NCBI GenBank assembly: GCA_030704615.1
Contig: CM060731.1
Span: 72,540,001-72,604,000 of the forward strand
From: Takakia lepidozioides
Taxonomy: Eukaryota; Plantae; Bryophyta
Length of the DNA stretch: 64,000 nucleotides
Reading direction: 5' to 3'
Shown: positions 1-13,075 of the stretch, piece by piece
Numbering within the stretch: position 1 is the first letter of the stretch
Layout: every line of letters begins with the position of its first letter
Program-made: the position numbers and the translations under genes
Notes under the pieces: generated by a model
The model's input: only the letters and a program-made list of their open reading frames with translations
The model's database searches: none
Told to the model about the DNA's origin: nothing

Positions 1-291
1 AGGCGCAAGTTTCCTTGCCCCTTGGATGGGGGTCACCCGATTTCGGCACTACGCAAACACATGATTAACCCAATTTATCTCTCCCACTTTTGTAAGCTAG
101 CATGCATTCTACACACTAGCCAACCATACCATGCATCACCATTCCAAACAAAATAGGACGCACAACATTTGGAAGCCATTTCATTTATAGCACGTTTTGT
201 AGAATACAAGTTTTTGCAATCGGATTCCTAAGCTAGCTAAGCCGGGCTAAGCATGCATTTCCTCCCCCACGCTCCAAGGTTGATGTCCCCA

Positions 292-3200
292 TCAACGCTT
301 CTTCCGCTTTTGAGGTCGCCCTTCGAAAGTTGCAACCGCCTCAGATGCGTGTCCCATTTCTGAGGCACGCACCCAAGATGCCTCCACATGATGATAGCCC
401 TTCCATTTGACGAGATACTCCGTTTCTCGGTTCTTGAACCTCCTCGACTTAAGTATTGCCTCCACCTTGTACTCAGGTTCATTTTCATGATCCAACAGCA
501 TAGGTGGCGGACGCAACACTTGATGCCGATTCGGACGCGCTTCATCTTTGAAGTAAGGCTTCAAAAGGGAGACATGGAATACTGGGTGCACCTTGCTGTT
601 TGCCGGCAGCTCCAATTCATACACATCCTCATTCATAACCTTCCGAATGCGAAAGGGTCCCGCATACGGAGGTACGAACTTCGAACTCACTTCCGGAGGT
701 AGTCAGAAATTCTTGATGTTCAACCAGACCTCCGTGCCTGCCTCAAACTTCACTTCCCTCTGCTTCCGATTCGCCTGCCTTTCATACCGTTTCCTAGCTT
801 TGGCAATGTTGTACTTTGCGAGCTTCAACAAACGCTCGCGTTCTTCCAGTACCGCCGGTACTGCCGGTTCCTCAACATCCTGGGCGGCCCAACTTGTCGG
901 CACCAGAGGTGCTTTTCCATAGACCAATACGAAAGGGGAAACTCCCGTTGCGGAGTGTTCTGTGTTATTATAACAGAACTCTGCCGCGTCTAAGTGTTCC
1001 ACCCAGTCTGTTTGGTCTGCCGACACGTAATTCCGCAAGATCTGCTTCACTACGGAATTCACTCTTTCTGTTTGGCCGTCGGTCGTAGGTCGGAAGGCGG
1101 TGCTCATCTTCAGCCTCGTCCCCATCTTCTTCCAAAGTGCCCTCCAAAATTTACTCGTAAACTTTGGATCGCGGTCCGAGACAATATCCTTCGGGACTCC
1201 ATGATTGCTTTAAGACATGGGCGAAGTAAAGTCGCCCTGTTTCATGCGCCGTAGCCGTCTTCTTGGTGGGGATGAAATGACCCATTTTACTGAACCTATC
1301 CACCACCACCATGATTGCATCGAATCTTTTTTACAGCGGCATAGCAGTCATGAAATCCATCGAGACGCTTTCCCAAGTCCCCCCTGGAATCGGCAAGGGC
1401 TGTAACAGCCCCGCTTGTTTTTTGTACTCGCTCCGGTTTTGTTGGCATGTTGTGCATGTCTTGACATACTCCTCTGCCTCCTCCCTGAGTTTGGGCTAGA
1501 AATACTCTTTCTTCAAGAGTGCCGCGGTGCGCTTGGCTCCGCCGTGGCCCGCAAGCGGGCTATCATGGCATTCTCTCAAGAGACTATCTCTGATCCCTCC
1601 TTTCGGCACGTAGAGACGTTTTTGCTTATACCGGAGCAGTCCATTTTGCAAGTGGAACTGCGATTTAACCCCCATCCTCAAGTCCTGCATCACGGACTTC
1701 GCCAGCTCATCCTTCCGGCAAGCCTTTCGAATCTTCCTTTGGAGCGCCGTCTCGCCCTTGTACACCAACAAGAGCTGCTGCTTTCTACTTAAAGCATCGG
1801 CCACCACGTTGTCTCATCCCGGTTTGTACTGGATATCCACGTCAAACACCGCCAAAGTATCTTGCCACCTAAGTTGTTTTGGGGACAACTTGGGCTGCGT
1901 GGCAAAATACTTCACCGTGACATTGTCCGTGAACACCTTCACTGGGTTGGAACCAACATAGTGGCGCCAAAGCTCAAGACAGTGCACCACCGCCTTCATC
2001 TCTTTCTCGTGCGTCGGCCACCGTCGCTCCACTTCATTCAGTTTCTTACTTTCGTAAGCCACTGGACGTCCATCTTGCATCAGTACACCCCCAATTGCGA
2101 AGTCCGACGCATCTGTATGTATCTCGAACGGACGATCGAACTCCGGGATTTTCAAGACTGGAGCTTCCGCCATCCGCTACTTCAATTCAGTAAAAGCTTG
2201 GCCACAAAAGGTGTTCCATGCCCAGACTTTAGATTTACATAGAAGGTCTGACAGCGGACCCGCGATTTTGGCAAAATTTCTCACATACTTCCGGTAATAG
2301 GAGGCGAATCCTAGGAAGGATCGTACTCCCGGGACCGAAGTCGGAGGCTCCCAGTCCAAAATTGCCCTTACCTTTCTGTCATCCATTTTGATCCCATCCT
2401 GTGTAATCACATGCCCCCAGAACTCCACTTTCGTGACCCCGAATTCGCACTTTGAAGCTTTGGCGTACAGCTTCCCTTCCCGCAACTTTTGGAACACCCT
2501 TTTGAGGTGCTCCAGGTGCTCCTCCTTTGTTTTCGAGTACACCAAGATGTCGTCGATGTACACGATCACAAAGTCATCCAACCACTCCTGAAAAAGGCTG
2601 TTCATCAGCGTGCTAAAGGTTGCAGGTGCATTGGTGAGCCCAAAAGGCATCACCAAGAACTCATATGAACCATACCTTGTCCTGCACGCGGTCTTCTCCT
2701 CATCTCCTTCCGCCACCCGAATTTGATGGTAGCCGGAGCGCAAGTCGATCCGGCTGAAATACTTCGCTCCTGCCAACCGGTCGAAAAGGTCGTCGATCAT
2801 TGGCAAAGGGTACCGGTTTTTAATAGTCACCTTATTCAAAGCCCTGTAATCGACACACATCCGCAGCGTCCCATCCTTCTTGTCTGCGAATAGCACCGGG
2901 GCTCCGTAAGGTGACTTACTCGGCCGGATGTACCCCTTTGACATTAGATCCTTGAGCTGAGTCTTCAGCTCGACCAACTCCCTGTGGCTCAACCGGTAGG
3001 GTGCCTTGGCAGGCGGTTCCGATCCCGGTATCACCTCAATCTTGTGGTCAACTCCTCTTCGCGGTGGCAAGCCGCTTGGTAAATCCTCCGGCATCACATC
3101 CTGGTATTTCTCCAAAATCCCCTTGATCCAATCTGGGCTCGGCTCCCCATCGCCTTCTCCTTTCACTTCTCTAATGTAAGGCAAAAATTGGGGCTCGTGT

Positions 3201-3700
3201 GCCTCCTCCACGGCCCACTCCCTTGCTGACAGAAGGTTTATTCGCCCTCCCACGGATTTGGGCGTTTCCGACACTCGTAAGACCTCGCCACCATTCCCGC
3301 ATGGCAGCGTGACTACTCTCTTGCGGCCATCTATGACCGCTCCGGATTTGCTCAAAAAGGTCATCCCCAAAATGAGATCCACTCCATCGATCTCGCAGAT
3401 GGTGAAGTTCTCACGTCCCTCCCAACTCCCCAGTTGAAGAGGAACATCAAACGCCAACAGTGGTTCTCCTTTGGCAGAACGCACCTCAATAGAGGCCCCC
3501 ACGTCACTTGTCAGGAGTCCCAACTTTCGCGCCGCCACCGGCGTCATGAAGGAGTGCGACGCTCCTGTGTCCACCAACAACGACACGTTAGTTCCGGATA
3601 TCATCCCATCCATGAACAATAACCGACTCCCTTTACGCAGGGCGCCAGTTTCTTGATACAACTCACAAGAATAGTTGCCTACCTTGCAAGTCATGGCGAC
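292..3700 (-). pseudogene. pol: Gypsy pol pseudogene (PR, RT, RNase H, integrase, chromodomain)
   Basis: [53 protein letters not shown]; in-frame stops at 2177, 1814, 1496 and 703; frameshift near 1210. Confidence 0.93.
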
Positions 3701-4803
3701 ACTGCTTCCACCAAGCGACTGATGGTATCCTCCGACAGCTCCGTGGTTGCCCGAGTCATGTTCAATTGTCGAGGTTTCGTGCACTTCTTGGCCATGTGCC
3801 CGGGCTCCCCGCAATTGAAACACACTCCATCAAAGGTCGCCTTCTGTCCGCCATAAGCCGCTCCACCCGCTTTTCCTTTTGAAGCACCGGGTGCCGCCTT
3901 GACGTGTGAAGGCCCTCCCTTCGATTTCCACGTGCCATTAACGCCGCGTGGCCTATCCCACTTCTTGTGGTTCAGCTCCGTACGGCCTTGTCTCTCACCC
4001 CTAGGAACATCCGAGAAACATTCAGCCCTCTCAATTGCCTCGTTCAAAGTCTTGGGTGGCTTCTCCTCCAACTTCCGCCTGGCCCATGGGGCCAATCCCG
4101 CCACAAAGTTGAAGACCATTTCTGGTTCTGCCATGTCCGCGACTTCGAGCAACAGCACATTGAAAGCCTGGACATACCCCCGAATGTCATCTGATTGCTT
4201 CAAATTCCTCATCTTGTCCCGGGCAAGCCAGGACGCGTTGAGGGGCACAAACTGTCTCTTCATCAATTCCTTGAACCCACTCCAGTTCAAGGTTTCCGGG
4301 CTTGGACCTCGGTCGTGAAGACGTTTCTGCCACCATTGTTGAGCATAGCCCCTCAAATAGGTGGGAGCCACTTCCACCCGATCCTCGTCACTCAACTTGG
4401 CCGCCCGGAAGTACTGCTCTAGCTCCAGGAGCCAGGTGTTGAGTGCCTTCCGATTTTGGATGCCCTCAAAGGTGTCGGGTTCCTTAGGCTTCACCTTAAA
4501 CTTTGCCTTAGTGGAAGTGGCATTAGCCGCCTTCAACACGTCTTTCAACGTCCCGCCAAACTGCGCCAACGACCCGTCCCAAAAAGCTGCCGGCATGGGA
4601 GGCATCTCTTGGTTTGTCGGAGCTCTCAAGGATTCCTCGGGCTCTGACTCCTCAGATTCCTCCCGCTCTTGAGCGGCCTCGTTTTCGGAAACATGCATCG
4701 CTTCCTCAAACGGCCGCCTCGGTGACGCGTCGCCCCCATCGGGCTCACCGGGATCATCATCTTTTGGGCCGTTCCGCTTTTGCTTCGGCTTGCCCGACCC
4801 CAT
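3691..4803 (-). CDS. gag: Retrotransposon Gag with CCHC zinc knuckle
   Basis: Retrotrans_gag-like core (WLLELEQYF...LRGYAQQWW...[10 protein letters not shown]); [14 protein letters not shown] knuckle; ATG at 4803. Confidence 0.9.
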   Translation of the reverse strand: MGSGKPKQKRNGPKDDDPGEPDGGDASPRRPFEEAMHVSENEAAQEREESEESEPEESLRAPTNQEMPPMPAAFWDGSLAQFGGTLKDVLKAANATSTKAKFKVKPKEPDTFEGIQNRKALNTWLLELEQYFRAAKLSDEDRVEVAPTYLRGYAQQWWQKRLHDRGPSPETLNWSGFKELMKRQFVPLNASWLARDKMRNLKQSDDIRGYVQAFNVLLLEVADMAEPEMVFNFVAGLAPWARRKLEEKPPKTLNEAIERAECFSDVPRGERQGRTELNHKKWDRPRGVNGTWKSKGGPSHVKAAPGASKGKAGGAAYGGQKATFDGVCFNCGEPGHMAKKCTKPRQLNMTRATTELSEDTISRLVEAVSP

Positions 4804-4832
4804 GATGAGGCCAATCCCGTACTGAACTCTAA

Positions 4833-4844
4833 GCTCTGATACCA
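4833..4844 (-). promoter_or_regulatory. Primer-binding site (tRNA-iMet)
   Basis: Minus strand reads TGGTATCAGAGC. Confidence 0.9.
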
Positions 4845-4846
4845 AG

Positions 4847-5575
4847 TGTCGCGCACCTCACTTCGGTAAGCTCCCCCTCAAGTCATAGTTATTCGCTTTG
4901 ATGCGCGCGCCTGACTCCCAACCTGGCCGCCGGGCCAACTTGGAGCTTCGTCTGCTCACCGGGGCATAACGGTCCCCTTTTGTTCTCCCAAAGAACCCTC
5001 CACCGATTTGGAACCAGCGGGAATTCCCTTTGGTAGTTGGCAATCCGGAACAGCTCCCCACTCGTTGGTCGCTTTCCGGCTCGCTCGCTTACTCACTAGT
5101 TTTTGGTCACCAACGGGCTTGCACCGTTCTCAGGGTTACTACTCCCTATATATACTTCTGTAGCTATCCGCGGGGGTTTCACAACCAGCCATGCCATTTC
5201 ATGGCGAACCACCACGAAAACCTCGACTCCCGGTGATGAGTCGCGGTGAGTCTTGGCCCACTCACCACGGCCCCTATGGACCGTGATGAGTCCCAAGACT
5301 CCCCACGACTCCCACCACGAGGTCTCCGCCCCCATGGTGAGTCCTATGCCACCCCCACTAAGTCCCGCTAAGCTACCACCACCCTTTTTGTGGAGCCACC
5401 CCCACCGCAACCCGGTGTGCGGGGCTCCACCTAGTGAGCGCCTCCGCTTCCCTGAGTGCCTTGGGCACTTAAGGGTGCTTCAGCCCCCCCATACCTATCG
5501 CTGCCGCTGCCCCCACCACAGGGGCAGCCCCTCATGTGTCCCGACCCCCTGCCCTCAAGGCAAAGGGCCACGACA
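4847..5575 (-). repeat. 5' LTR (~729 bp) of the Gypsy element
   Basis: Begins 2 nt from the PBS; terminal inverted TGTCG/CGACA; TATATATA at ~5146-5153; repeated TGAGTC motifs at 5230-5345. The second LTR is not visible, so the boundary is unconfirmed. Confidence 0.75.
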
Positions 5576-5579
5576 TTGC

Positions 5580-7600
5580 CCCTCAGCAGACCGTGCAGCA
5601 GACCGACGAATCCAGCCAGCAGATTGCCGCTCAGCAGACTGTGCAGCACACTGGCGAACCCACTCAGCAGATGGCCAAGCAGACTATCTAGGAGACTAAC
5701 AGCCAGTCTGTTCCCTGTATTGTGCAACAGACTCGGATGCACTGGCCTCACCGGGACCCTGTGGACGAATTTCTGCTGAGTTCTCAACAACATGTTTTTG
5801 GATCTGCCAGTATGAGTGTTTTGACCGAGTCCACTTTTCCCCCAGGCACATTCACTGACAACGTCATCAGGTCACCGGTAAAGCATTCTTATCCAGCTCC
5901 CCGTGGCCTGCCTTCTATGACCTTCCAGCTTAGTCCCGTTTTCGTGCGCTCAGTGGCGAAAGCCATAGATGAGTCTTACGTGATGACCGAACTCAATCTG
6001 GGAACGCAAAACCGTATCATAGATCTTACAGAAGAGTCTGAGGAAGCAATTGCCGGTGGGTCTTCCATACATGTTCTTGAAGTTTCCCAAGTCCATGGAG
6101 ATCCGAACACCCAGCCGGCTGTCCACCAGACTGACCAGCACACTGAACAGTGGACACATGGAAGGACTATCGAGCAACCTGTGGCGGGGCAGCATACTGT
6201 CTTCATTGATGAGCAGACTGAACCGCAGACTAACCAGCAGACTGCACAGGTCACAGATGGAAGGACTGATCAGGATGGCTCGGAGCGGCAGACTGCACAG
6301 CTCAGCTCTAACTGCACAGTTCAGACTGCACGGCCTGACCAGCACACTGCACACTTCACAGGAGGGAAGGACTGACGGTCCACCAAGCACATTGCCCACA
6401 TTGAGGAAGAGACTGAACCGCAGAGTTGTCAGCAGACTGCACAGTTCACAGACGAAAGGACTGACGAATAACCGGCGGCCGAGCAGACTGCCCACATTGA
6501 GCAACATACTGAACATGCTGGCAGGCACACTGACAAGGAACCACATGCGGCGCAGACACCGTCTGGTATAGCGCTGGATTACATGGAGTCTTCTCCCTCA
6601 CCCCTAGGGCAGGTTGTGCCATTTCCTCTTTCAGCACTGTTGTTTATGTTTTAGCACATTGTGAAATTGGGCTAATTCGTCATTTTGCCTCGTCCCTCCG
6701 TCGGCAGAATGTCTACTTCTGAGGACATGACATCTTCCGCCCATGCTGCAAACGTGGGATCGACAACCAAGAAAGGTGTGGGGGTGAGCACGCCCCCCGA
6801 TGCGCGGGTCAGTTCTACGCATGCGACCCACGAAGCTGCAAAGACAGGTCCAGCAAGTGTAAACAAACCTGCTGACCAGCCTCTATTGCGAAGTAGGGCG
6901 GCAGCGCTGCGTTTGTCTGCTCTATCCAGCCCGCCTACAGCTGTCCCTGCTTCCCAGGGGAGAGGCAAAGCCAAGAAGCGGACTGTCATGGACCATGCTG
7001 AGGAGGTCGAGGAGGGTCCGAGTACCAAGAGACCGGCGAAGAAAAAGTCTGGCATCTTTATGAACAAGAACCGCAAGCTGGCCTTGGACATGGACAAAGA
7101 TGTGGGTCGTTTCCTGGAGCAGCACAGGTGAGTACTGTGCTCAGTCTCCTCGTCTGTCTTTGTCGTTAAGTGCTTTGCGCTCTGTTGTGGTTCGTCTGCA
7201 CGCTGGTCAGTCTGTTGCTGGTTTCATCATTGTCTGTTGTGGTTAGTCTTGTCAGTCTGATGAATTGTTCAGCCTGTAGAGTGTTTGGTACCATGTTGAT
7301 GTCAGTCTGTTCAGTACATGAGGCTTCCCGAAGGATGGTCTGCTCTGTGCAGGATGGGTGCTCGGTTTGGCAAAGCACATGCTCTGCACGTGAAGGCGGG
7401 TAATTCCATGCTGATGTTTTTTTAAGGGGACCCACGGTTTGAATGCGGACTATCGCCGGTTGACATAAAGGCACTCCAGAAGGTTGAGTCGGAGTGCACA
7501 GATAGACTCCTGGAGCTGTGGTGTCGATTCTATGAGAAGTCGGTTGAGGCTGCGTTCACCAACACTATTGCTGTTCTTCCAACGTCGACGTGGACGGTGT
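5580..7600 (+). pseudogene. Ulp1-like protease gene fragment with long Q/T-rich low-complexity N-terminus (element A)
   Basis: 7420-7590 encodes GDPRFECGLSPVDIKALQKVESECTDRLLELWCRFYEK...IAVLPTSTW, homologous to 16880-17200(-); GT donor at 7128. Confidence 0.55.
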
Positions 7601-7605
7601 TGAAG

Positions 7606-8150
7606 TCATTGGGGGTGGGGCAACTTTTTTTGCCTCTCCTTTTTCTGGGCCCCATCACTCAGTTTACATTTTCTGGGAGCGTCCGGCGTTCCCTGCACTT
7701 GTAAATCCTCCATTGACGGGCCACCACAATGGACGCCATACCGTGCGCGCACTTCGTCTAATTCCAAAGTGCGGGGGTCAAGCACTGATCCGCGCAAGCG
7801 CATTGTGGCCTCTTTGACAATCGACATTTCTTTCAGTATCGGCCAAGGCTTGAAATCGCGTGGAATCATTACAACAGTCTCCTTGCAACCCGTGTCAACA
7901 CAATGCCGATTTAGTTGGATTTTGTCCTTGATAACCTCTTCACAGAAGGGACAGAAGAGCTTGTCCTTCTGCCAATTCAAGTTTTTGGGCTTCCGGGCGC
8001 GGAGGTCTACAAATGCTTCCACTATTTTATGATCAAACTCATCTGGTTAGTACCAGTACCTTCGCTCCTTCTTTAGTCTGGTTTGGTGCACAAAATCCAC
8101 CCAGTCCGTTCCACCCTTTTCACAAGCATCCTCCATCGCTGCAGAATGAA
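7606..8150 (-). pseudogene. Unknown Cys/His zinc-finger-like ORF, copy A
   Basis: WVDFVH...KIVEAFVDLRA...FCPFCEEVIKDKIQLNRHCVDTGCK...FKPWP; paralogue at 22009-22610. Confidence 0.55.
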
Positions 8151-10297
8151 ACGAAGGTGCAAGGACAATGAGCGACAGAGCGACAGATAGAAGTCCTATG
8201 AAAAGACTCACCCTAAGCAAGAAGAGGACACAGAATGGAATGGAAACACCGCAGCAAGTGAGAACCTCACCGAGCCGATGAACTTCGAGTTGTTACGAAG
8301 GCGAGCGTGTTTGCGACGCTTCGCGGCTCACTGCGACTCTCCACACCTAGGGAAGAACGGTCGTCTTTCGTGGAAACGCAAAGAGGAAAACAAGACAGTG
8401 CAAAATTGTGCGAAGAAACAGGCGTGAAGAGAATGGAGTCGATCGCACAGGGAACATGAGAAGAAAGTAGAAGTAGAAGGGGGAAAGCGGGCATGGCACT
8501 GCCAACGTGTCGCGATTTCACAGGCGCCAACTATCCGCCGTCATCGCATTGAATACGTCCACCGAACGAACGCATCGTACTAAATTCATCCACGATCCTT
8601 GCAAGTGCAGCAGACTCATTTCCCATCGGGCCGAGAGTCCACCGGACCGCCAGTCCAGCGGACTATTCGCTTTGCTGAGGCGAAGCGGTTTCATATTGGA
8701 GGCACTTCCCTGCCAGCGGGATGAAGACAAAAGAGAGTAAGGGGAGAACAGGAAAGTCGAACACACCCATTGCGAACAGACTTGCGGCACAACAGACTGA
8801 TGCATGCACAGTCCAACAGACTAATATCCATTGAGGAGAACTATCCAGCAGACGGACGTTTCGCCAGACTGGCGGGAGAACAAGCCAAAAGACTGACCGG
8901 AGGGAAAATAAGAAGTCAAACAGACTTAGTGAAACAAACTTCCGACACAACAGACTGACAAATTCACAAGTGCAACAGACTGATATCCCAACAGACGGAC
9001 TTCCAGCAGACTGCCTCTGTTATGCACGCGATAAGGGGAATATCTGGAGCACTGACGGGCCAGCGGACCCACTGTGAACAGACTCGCGACACAACGGACC
9101 TCAAACATCCACGCGCATTTGTAGATGCAATTGTCTCAGCCTGGTCCGTCTCCTGGCAAATGTAACAATGTACCGATTCTGCACCTACTCCCGTCGTGGC
9201 TCAGACATCTGCATTCAGCAGGTGCGTGTGGATGTTTGAGGACCTTACGACTAGATGGTGTTCCATGACGACTCAAATTGCTTTTGTGCTGCCATCCCTT
9301 ATATAATACCATGTGGATCCATCACAAAGCTGGGTTTCTTCAGATTCTCCACCCTTTTCCACAACTTATGCACAATGGATGCAAGCCGCTATACTTGGTC
9401 ACATAAACAATCCCATCGTCCGATACGAAATCTGCAATACATGCCCTTATGTGCATACGCTTCCACTATTTTCGCGCCCATGTTACCCATGGGTTCCTTT
9501 AACGAACTAAACTTGTGAAGGCTCTCATGAGGGATGCAGTACGAAGGGGCTAAACGTATCATGACAAATCACAAGCAGAGGACGTTATCGACGACAGATG
9601 TCCGCATTTTCCATATTTATGACATAGAACCAAACCATAAAACGAAGGTTCCCGAAAGCACAACAAGAAGGCAAAAATAGTGGAAGCATATGCACGATGG
9701 TGGTTGTAGTGCCGAGACAGTCCTCTCATGTTCAAGCACACGCTTCATCATCATCATGAACATCGCGCGCAAAAGAGGAACAGTCGCGTGCATGGAAACG
9801 CCTACCGCAACATCGGACAACAAACAACCGTCAAAAGAGAGCGGCCGGGATTTGGTGGGAAGATCATTGCCATTTTTGCAGCCCTAAAAATGGAGGGCTC
9901 GGATGGGTTATGGGAATGGACGGTGGCGATCCTGCGCCATCAGCGGACTGGCTGGCAGGGGACTGGCTAACGGACTGGCGGACTGGCAGACTGCTGGGCA
10001 GCGGACTGGCCAGCACCGGACTGGCGGGCAGACTGGCGGACTGGCAGACTGCTGGGCAGCGGACTGGCCAGCATCGGACTGGCAGACTGGAGGGCAGCGG
10101 ACTCATGGGCGGGGGACTGGCCGCGTGGGCGCGCCCGCGGTTGCTGCAGCCGCTGGGCGACCGCGCACAGCGGCGGGCGGGGCGGGTGGGGTGCTGGGTA
10201 GGGGCGTCCGTGCGCGGGGCCCACCGGCCACATCGCACGTGCCCATTGAAGACTGGAGTGCCTCCTTCAATGGTGCTGCCTTACAAAGCGTCCTCGA

Positions 10298-11544
10298 ATC
10301 GACTAGTCTTTTATATCGATTAGGGCATAACAAAATGTTAGCAACGGAACGACTCAGTGGCAATAAGAAAAACAGGGAAAGAATTACAGTGGCCCTTACA
10401 GCAAATATGGATGGTACAATTAAGTTGCCATCTTTTGTGATCAATCAATATTTGCGGCCACGTGCTTTTTGAACATTTGAAACCCAGAGAACCTTGGAAT
10501 CAAATGGTGTGCAAGAAGGCCTAGATGACAATCAACCTCTTTGAGAAATTCTTGTTGTGTTTCGAACGACAAATGCATGCAAAACAGAAGGTACTGCTTC
10601 TCCTCGGTAATTTCTTTGGTCACAAGTGGGATGATATCAGCGAAAGCCTCAACCTGCATACTTTTGCCACCCAACACGACTACTATTTTTCAGCCTATGG
10701 ATGCAGGTATTATTAGTTCATTCAAGGCTCAATACACAAAATCATTAATCGAACATAAAACTGATTATTTGATGGAAGAGAAGGACCCTGAAGATTGACG
10801 TTTATGAAGTAGTGAAAATGCTTGAAAAAGCATGGTGTGTGCATGTTACTCCTCTGACAATTACCAAGTGTTGGAAGCATACAGGTTTACTGGCCACCTT
10901 TGATGCAACGATTGAAGAATGTCCCAATTTCTCAGCGGCTGAATTGCATATATCTACATTGCTTGATCGGCTTGCCCAACTCTCATTGGATAGTGATGGT
11001 ATTGTTCCTACGATGTCTCCTCATGTATATGTGCATTACGAACATAAATTTGACTTGAATAATCCTTATGAGCCCACAGAGGATGAAGTATGGGATATGG
11101 TTCTTCCAAGAGGCCATCGATGGAGATATCGAGGAGGAAGAAAATGCTGAAAGGGAGGTTGACGTTCCTCATGTGCCTCATTTAATTGTTCGAGAGGCTA
11201 AGTTAGCCAATATTCATAGTTTTTTTAGAGCAACAAGATGAAGATGTCACCAAGGTCATAAAAAAATGCCTATCCTTGGATAAGGGTATCACTAAGTTGC
11301 ATGTTCAAGACTATCGACAATCAACATTGGATTCCCACTTTGTTGTTGCTGACCCTATGTAATACATAAAATCATTTTTTTTCCCATAAGGTGTTGCACT
11401 CCAGGTTTCAAGCTCTCTATAAGTGGTCATTCTTTAAGTGTGATTTTTGAAAGATTCTTATTCTATATCAGTTATGATATTAAATATCTATATGTGTTAC
11501 ATTTCCTCCACTCCCGAGGTGTAACACATATACAGGGTAGACTG
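10298..11544 (+). mobile_element. 5'-truncated pogo/Tigger-type (DDE_1) transposon
   Basis: KKNRERITVALTANMDG, KVLLLL, LPPNTTTIFQPMDAGII; right end ...GGTAGACTG followed by TA. Confidence 0.85.
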
Positions 11545-11719
11545 TAACGTTATTTCCTCATTTTCCACAATACCAGCCTGGTGTGAGATATCAACTATGG
11601 TATCATTCCAAAGCCATCTTGAATTACAAGTTTATCAAATAGCAAGTATCAAGTGAAAACAAACAAAATACACATAAAAAAGTAAATATACATAAGTACA
11701 AGTATCTAGGCATATGGCA

Positions 11720-12956
11720 GACCTAGTGAAAGTTAGTTCCAAATGTAGCATCGCAAGCTATGATGCGCACATGGCCCAAGTCCAACATCTTTTGCCGCTA
11801 CCAAGGAGTCTGAATCCCAATGGTGAAGGTCAAATCTCCATCAAAATGTTGAAATGTGGGTGCCAATGATTCCTCCTGGTAGAAGAAGACCGAGTCCGGG
11901 TTTTGATCTTTCCACATACGGACGGATTGTTCGTCATCAGCGTATTTTTTTAAGGTCTGCCAGGCTCGTTTTTCAGCGAGATTCCGGACATCCTGCTCGA
12001 GGAGAAAGTCGTCGCGTGTCCATGCGTCTCCCAAGCAACTCTTCTGCATGACGTGCTCCTTGTGTGCGACACTCAAGCCTCGAGACAAGCATTCCATGAT
12101 CCACTTTTTCAACTCCTCGCTAATATGTGGAGCATAAGCAAATCGGCTGAATTGGAACTCAGAAAATCCATGAGAGGTTTTTCGGACACATCCAGGTGTT
12201 GCATGTTGTTATAATATGTGATGACCCCAATGTCTGGAGCAAGATAACATTGAGGGATTTTGAAACAACAGAGACACCCACGCTTGTAAGACTCGCCGTA
12301 TTGGCTTTTCTTTCGTCTTGGACCTTTGTGAGGATTACTGCTTCCAGCCCCGATGTCCGGACCTCCTCGCTTGACTTTAGGATCCGTGACAGTCAAATTG
12401 TTGGTGCGCTTGTCCTCTGGACCATAGCAACACTGATACCTGGACAGGGTCGTATTGGAGTATATCATCGACACCCCTGGAGTTCTGTAAGCATGTAAGA
12501 CAACCTAAACCCTATCTACATATGATGCATGTACATGTCCGGCAAGCACAAACATAGGAACAAAGAGGCAGTGCGGGAATATGGTGCAGACATGACAGAG
12601 GTTAGATATATGCTAGCTCTTGGAGCTCTTCGCGGTCCGGGCTTTGCGTTAACATGCATATTTATGTAAAATTGGGTGGAACACCCGTCTCTACTCTCCT
12701 CTCCAAGTACAAAGTCGGGCACTCTCTCCCAGGGAATACAGTCCGTGCGGACCCGCACTTGAAAACCCATATATTTAGAGCGACTCTCGTTCTTCCAGTA
12801 AAGGTCTTTGCAAGGAAGTGGCCCATCCTTTGGTGTTTGAAGACATTGTCGCAGTGGACGTATAAGAAAGCTTTCTGGTTGGGCATCGATGGCCACTGCC
12901 ATACACACTGCAATACCCCTTCGCGCACTCGAAAGCACCTGCAATACGACCTGCAA
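11720..12956 (-). pseudogene. MULE/SWIM transposase, N-terminal half (At1g60560/At4g13970-like family)
   Basis: IPWERVPDFVLGEE, YQCCYGPED, KRGCLCCF, TRDDFL, VFFYQE, FTIGIQTPW, IACDATFGTN (first catalytic D); stops and frameshifts. Confidence 0.85.
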
Positions 12957-13075
12957 AAGTGGAAGCGAAGGACGACAACATGCACGTTCTTGGTAGGAGG
13001 GAAGCGCGTTGGCATGAACAGACCAGAGGAAGGAAAAGATTGATGAAACAATCTTCGCCCACGATTGGCGGCCGC

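Larger units (their letters stand above)
1..5575 (-). mobile_element. Decayed Ty3/Gypsy chromovirus LTR retrotransposon (3' LTR lies outside the window)
   Basis: Order gag-PR-RT-RH-IN-chromodomain on the minus strand; PBS TGGTATCAGAGC; 5' LTR bounded by TGTCG...CGACA. Confidence 0.95.
5576..10250. mobile_element. Degenerate MULE-related element A (Ulp1-like and ZnF-like fragments, GC-rich end)
   Basis: Shares a Ulp1-like exon, a ZnF-like ORF, a subterminal motif and a GC-rich terminal region with element B. Confidence 0.6.

Noticed and set aside
3691-3823. Programmed -1 gag/pol frameshift
   Set aside because: No slippery heptamer seen near the gag end, and the element has many other lesions, so an indel is equally likely
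9440-9480. U5 snRNA-like 3' end (GCATACGC...TATTTT)
   Set aside because: The invariant loop I GCCTTTTAC is absent
9864-10323. Overlapping long ORFs in GC-rich termini (also 13140-13420, 22760-23364, 25362-25676)
   Set aside because: These arise from stop-poor GC-rich repeats
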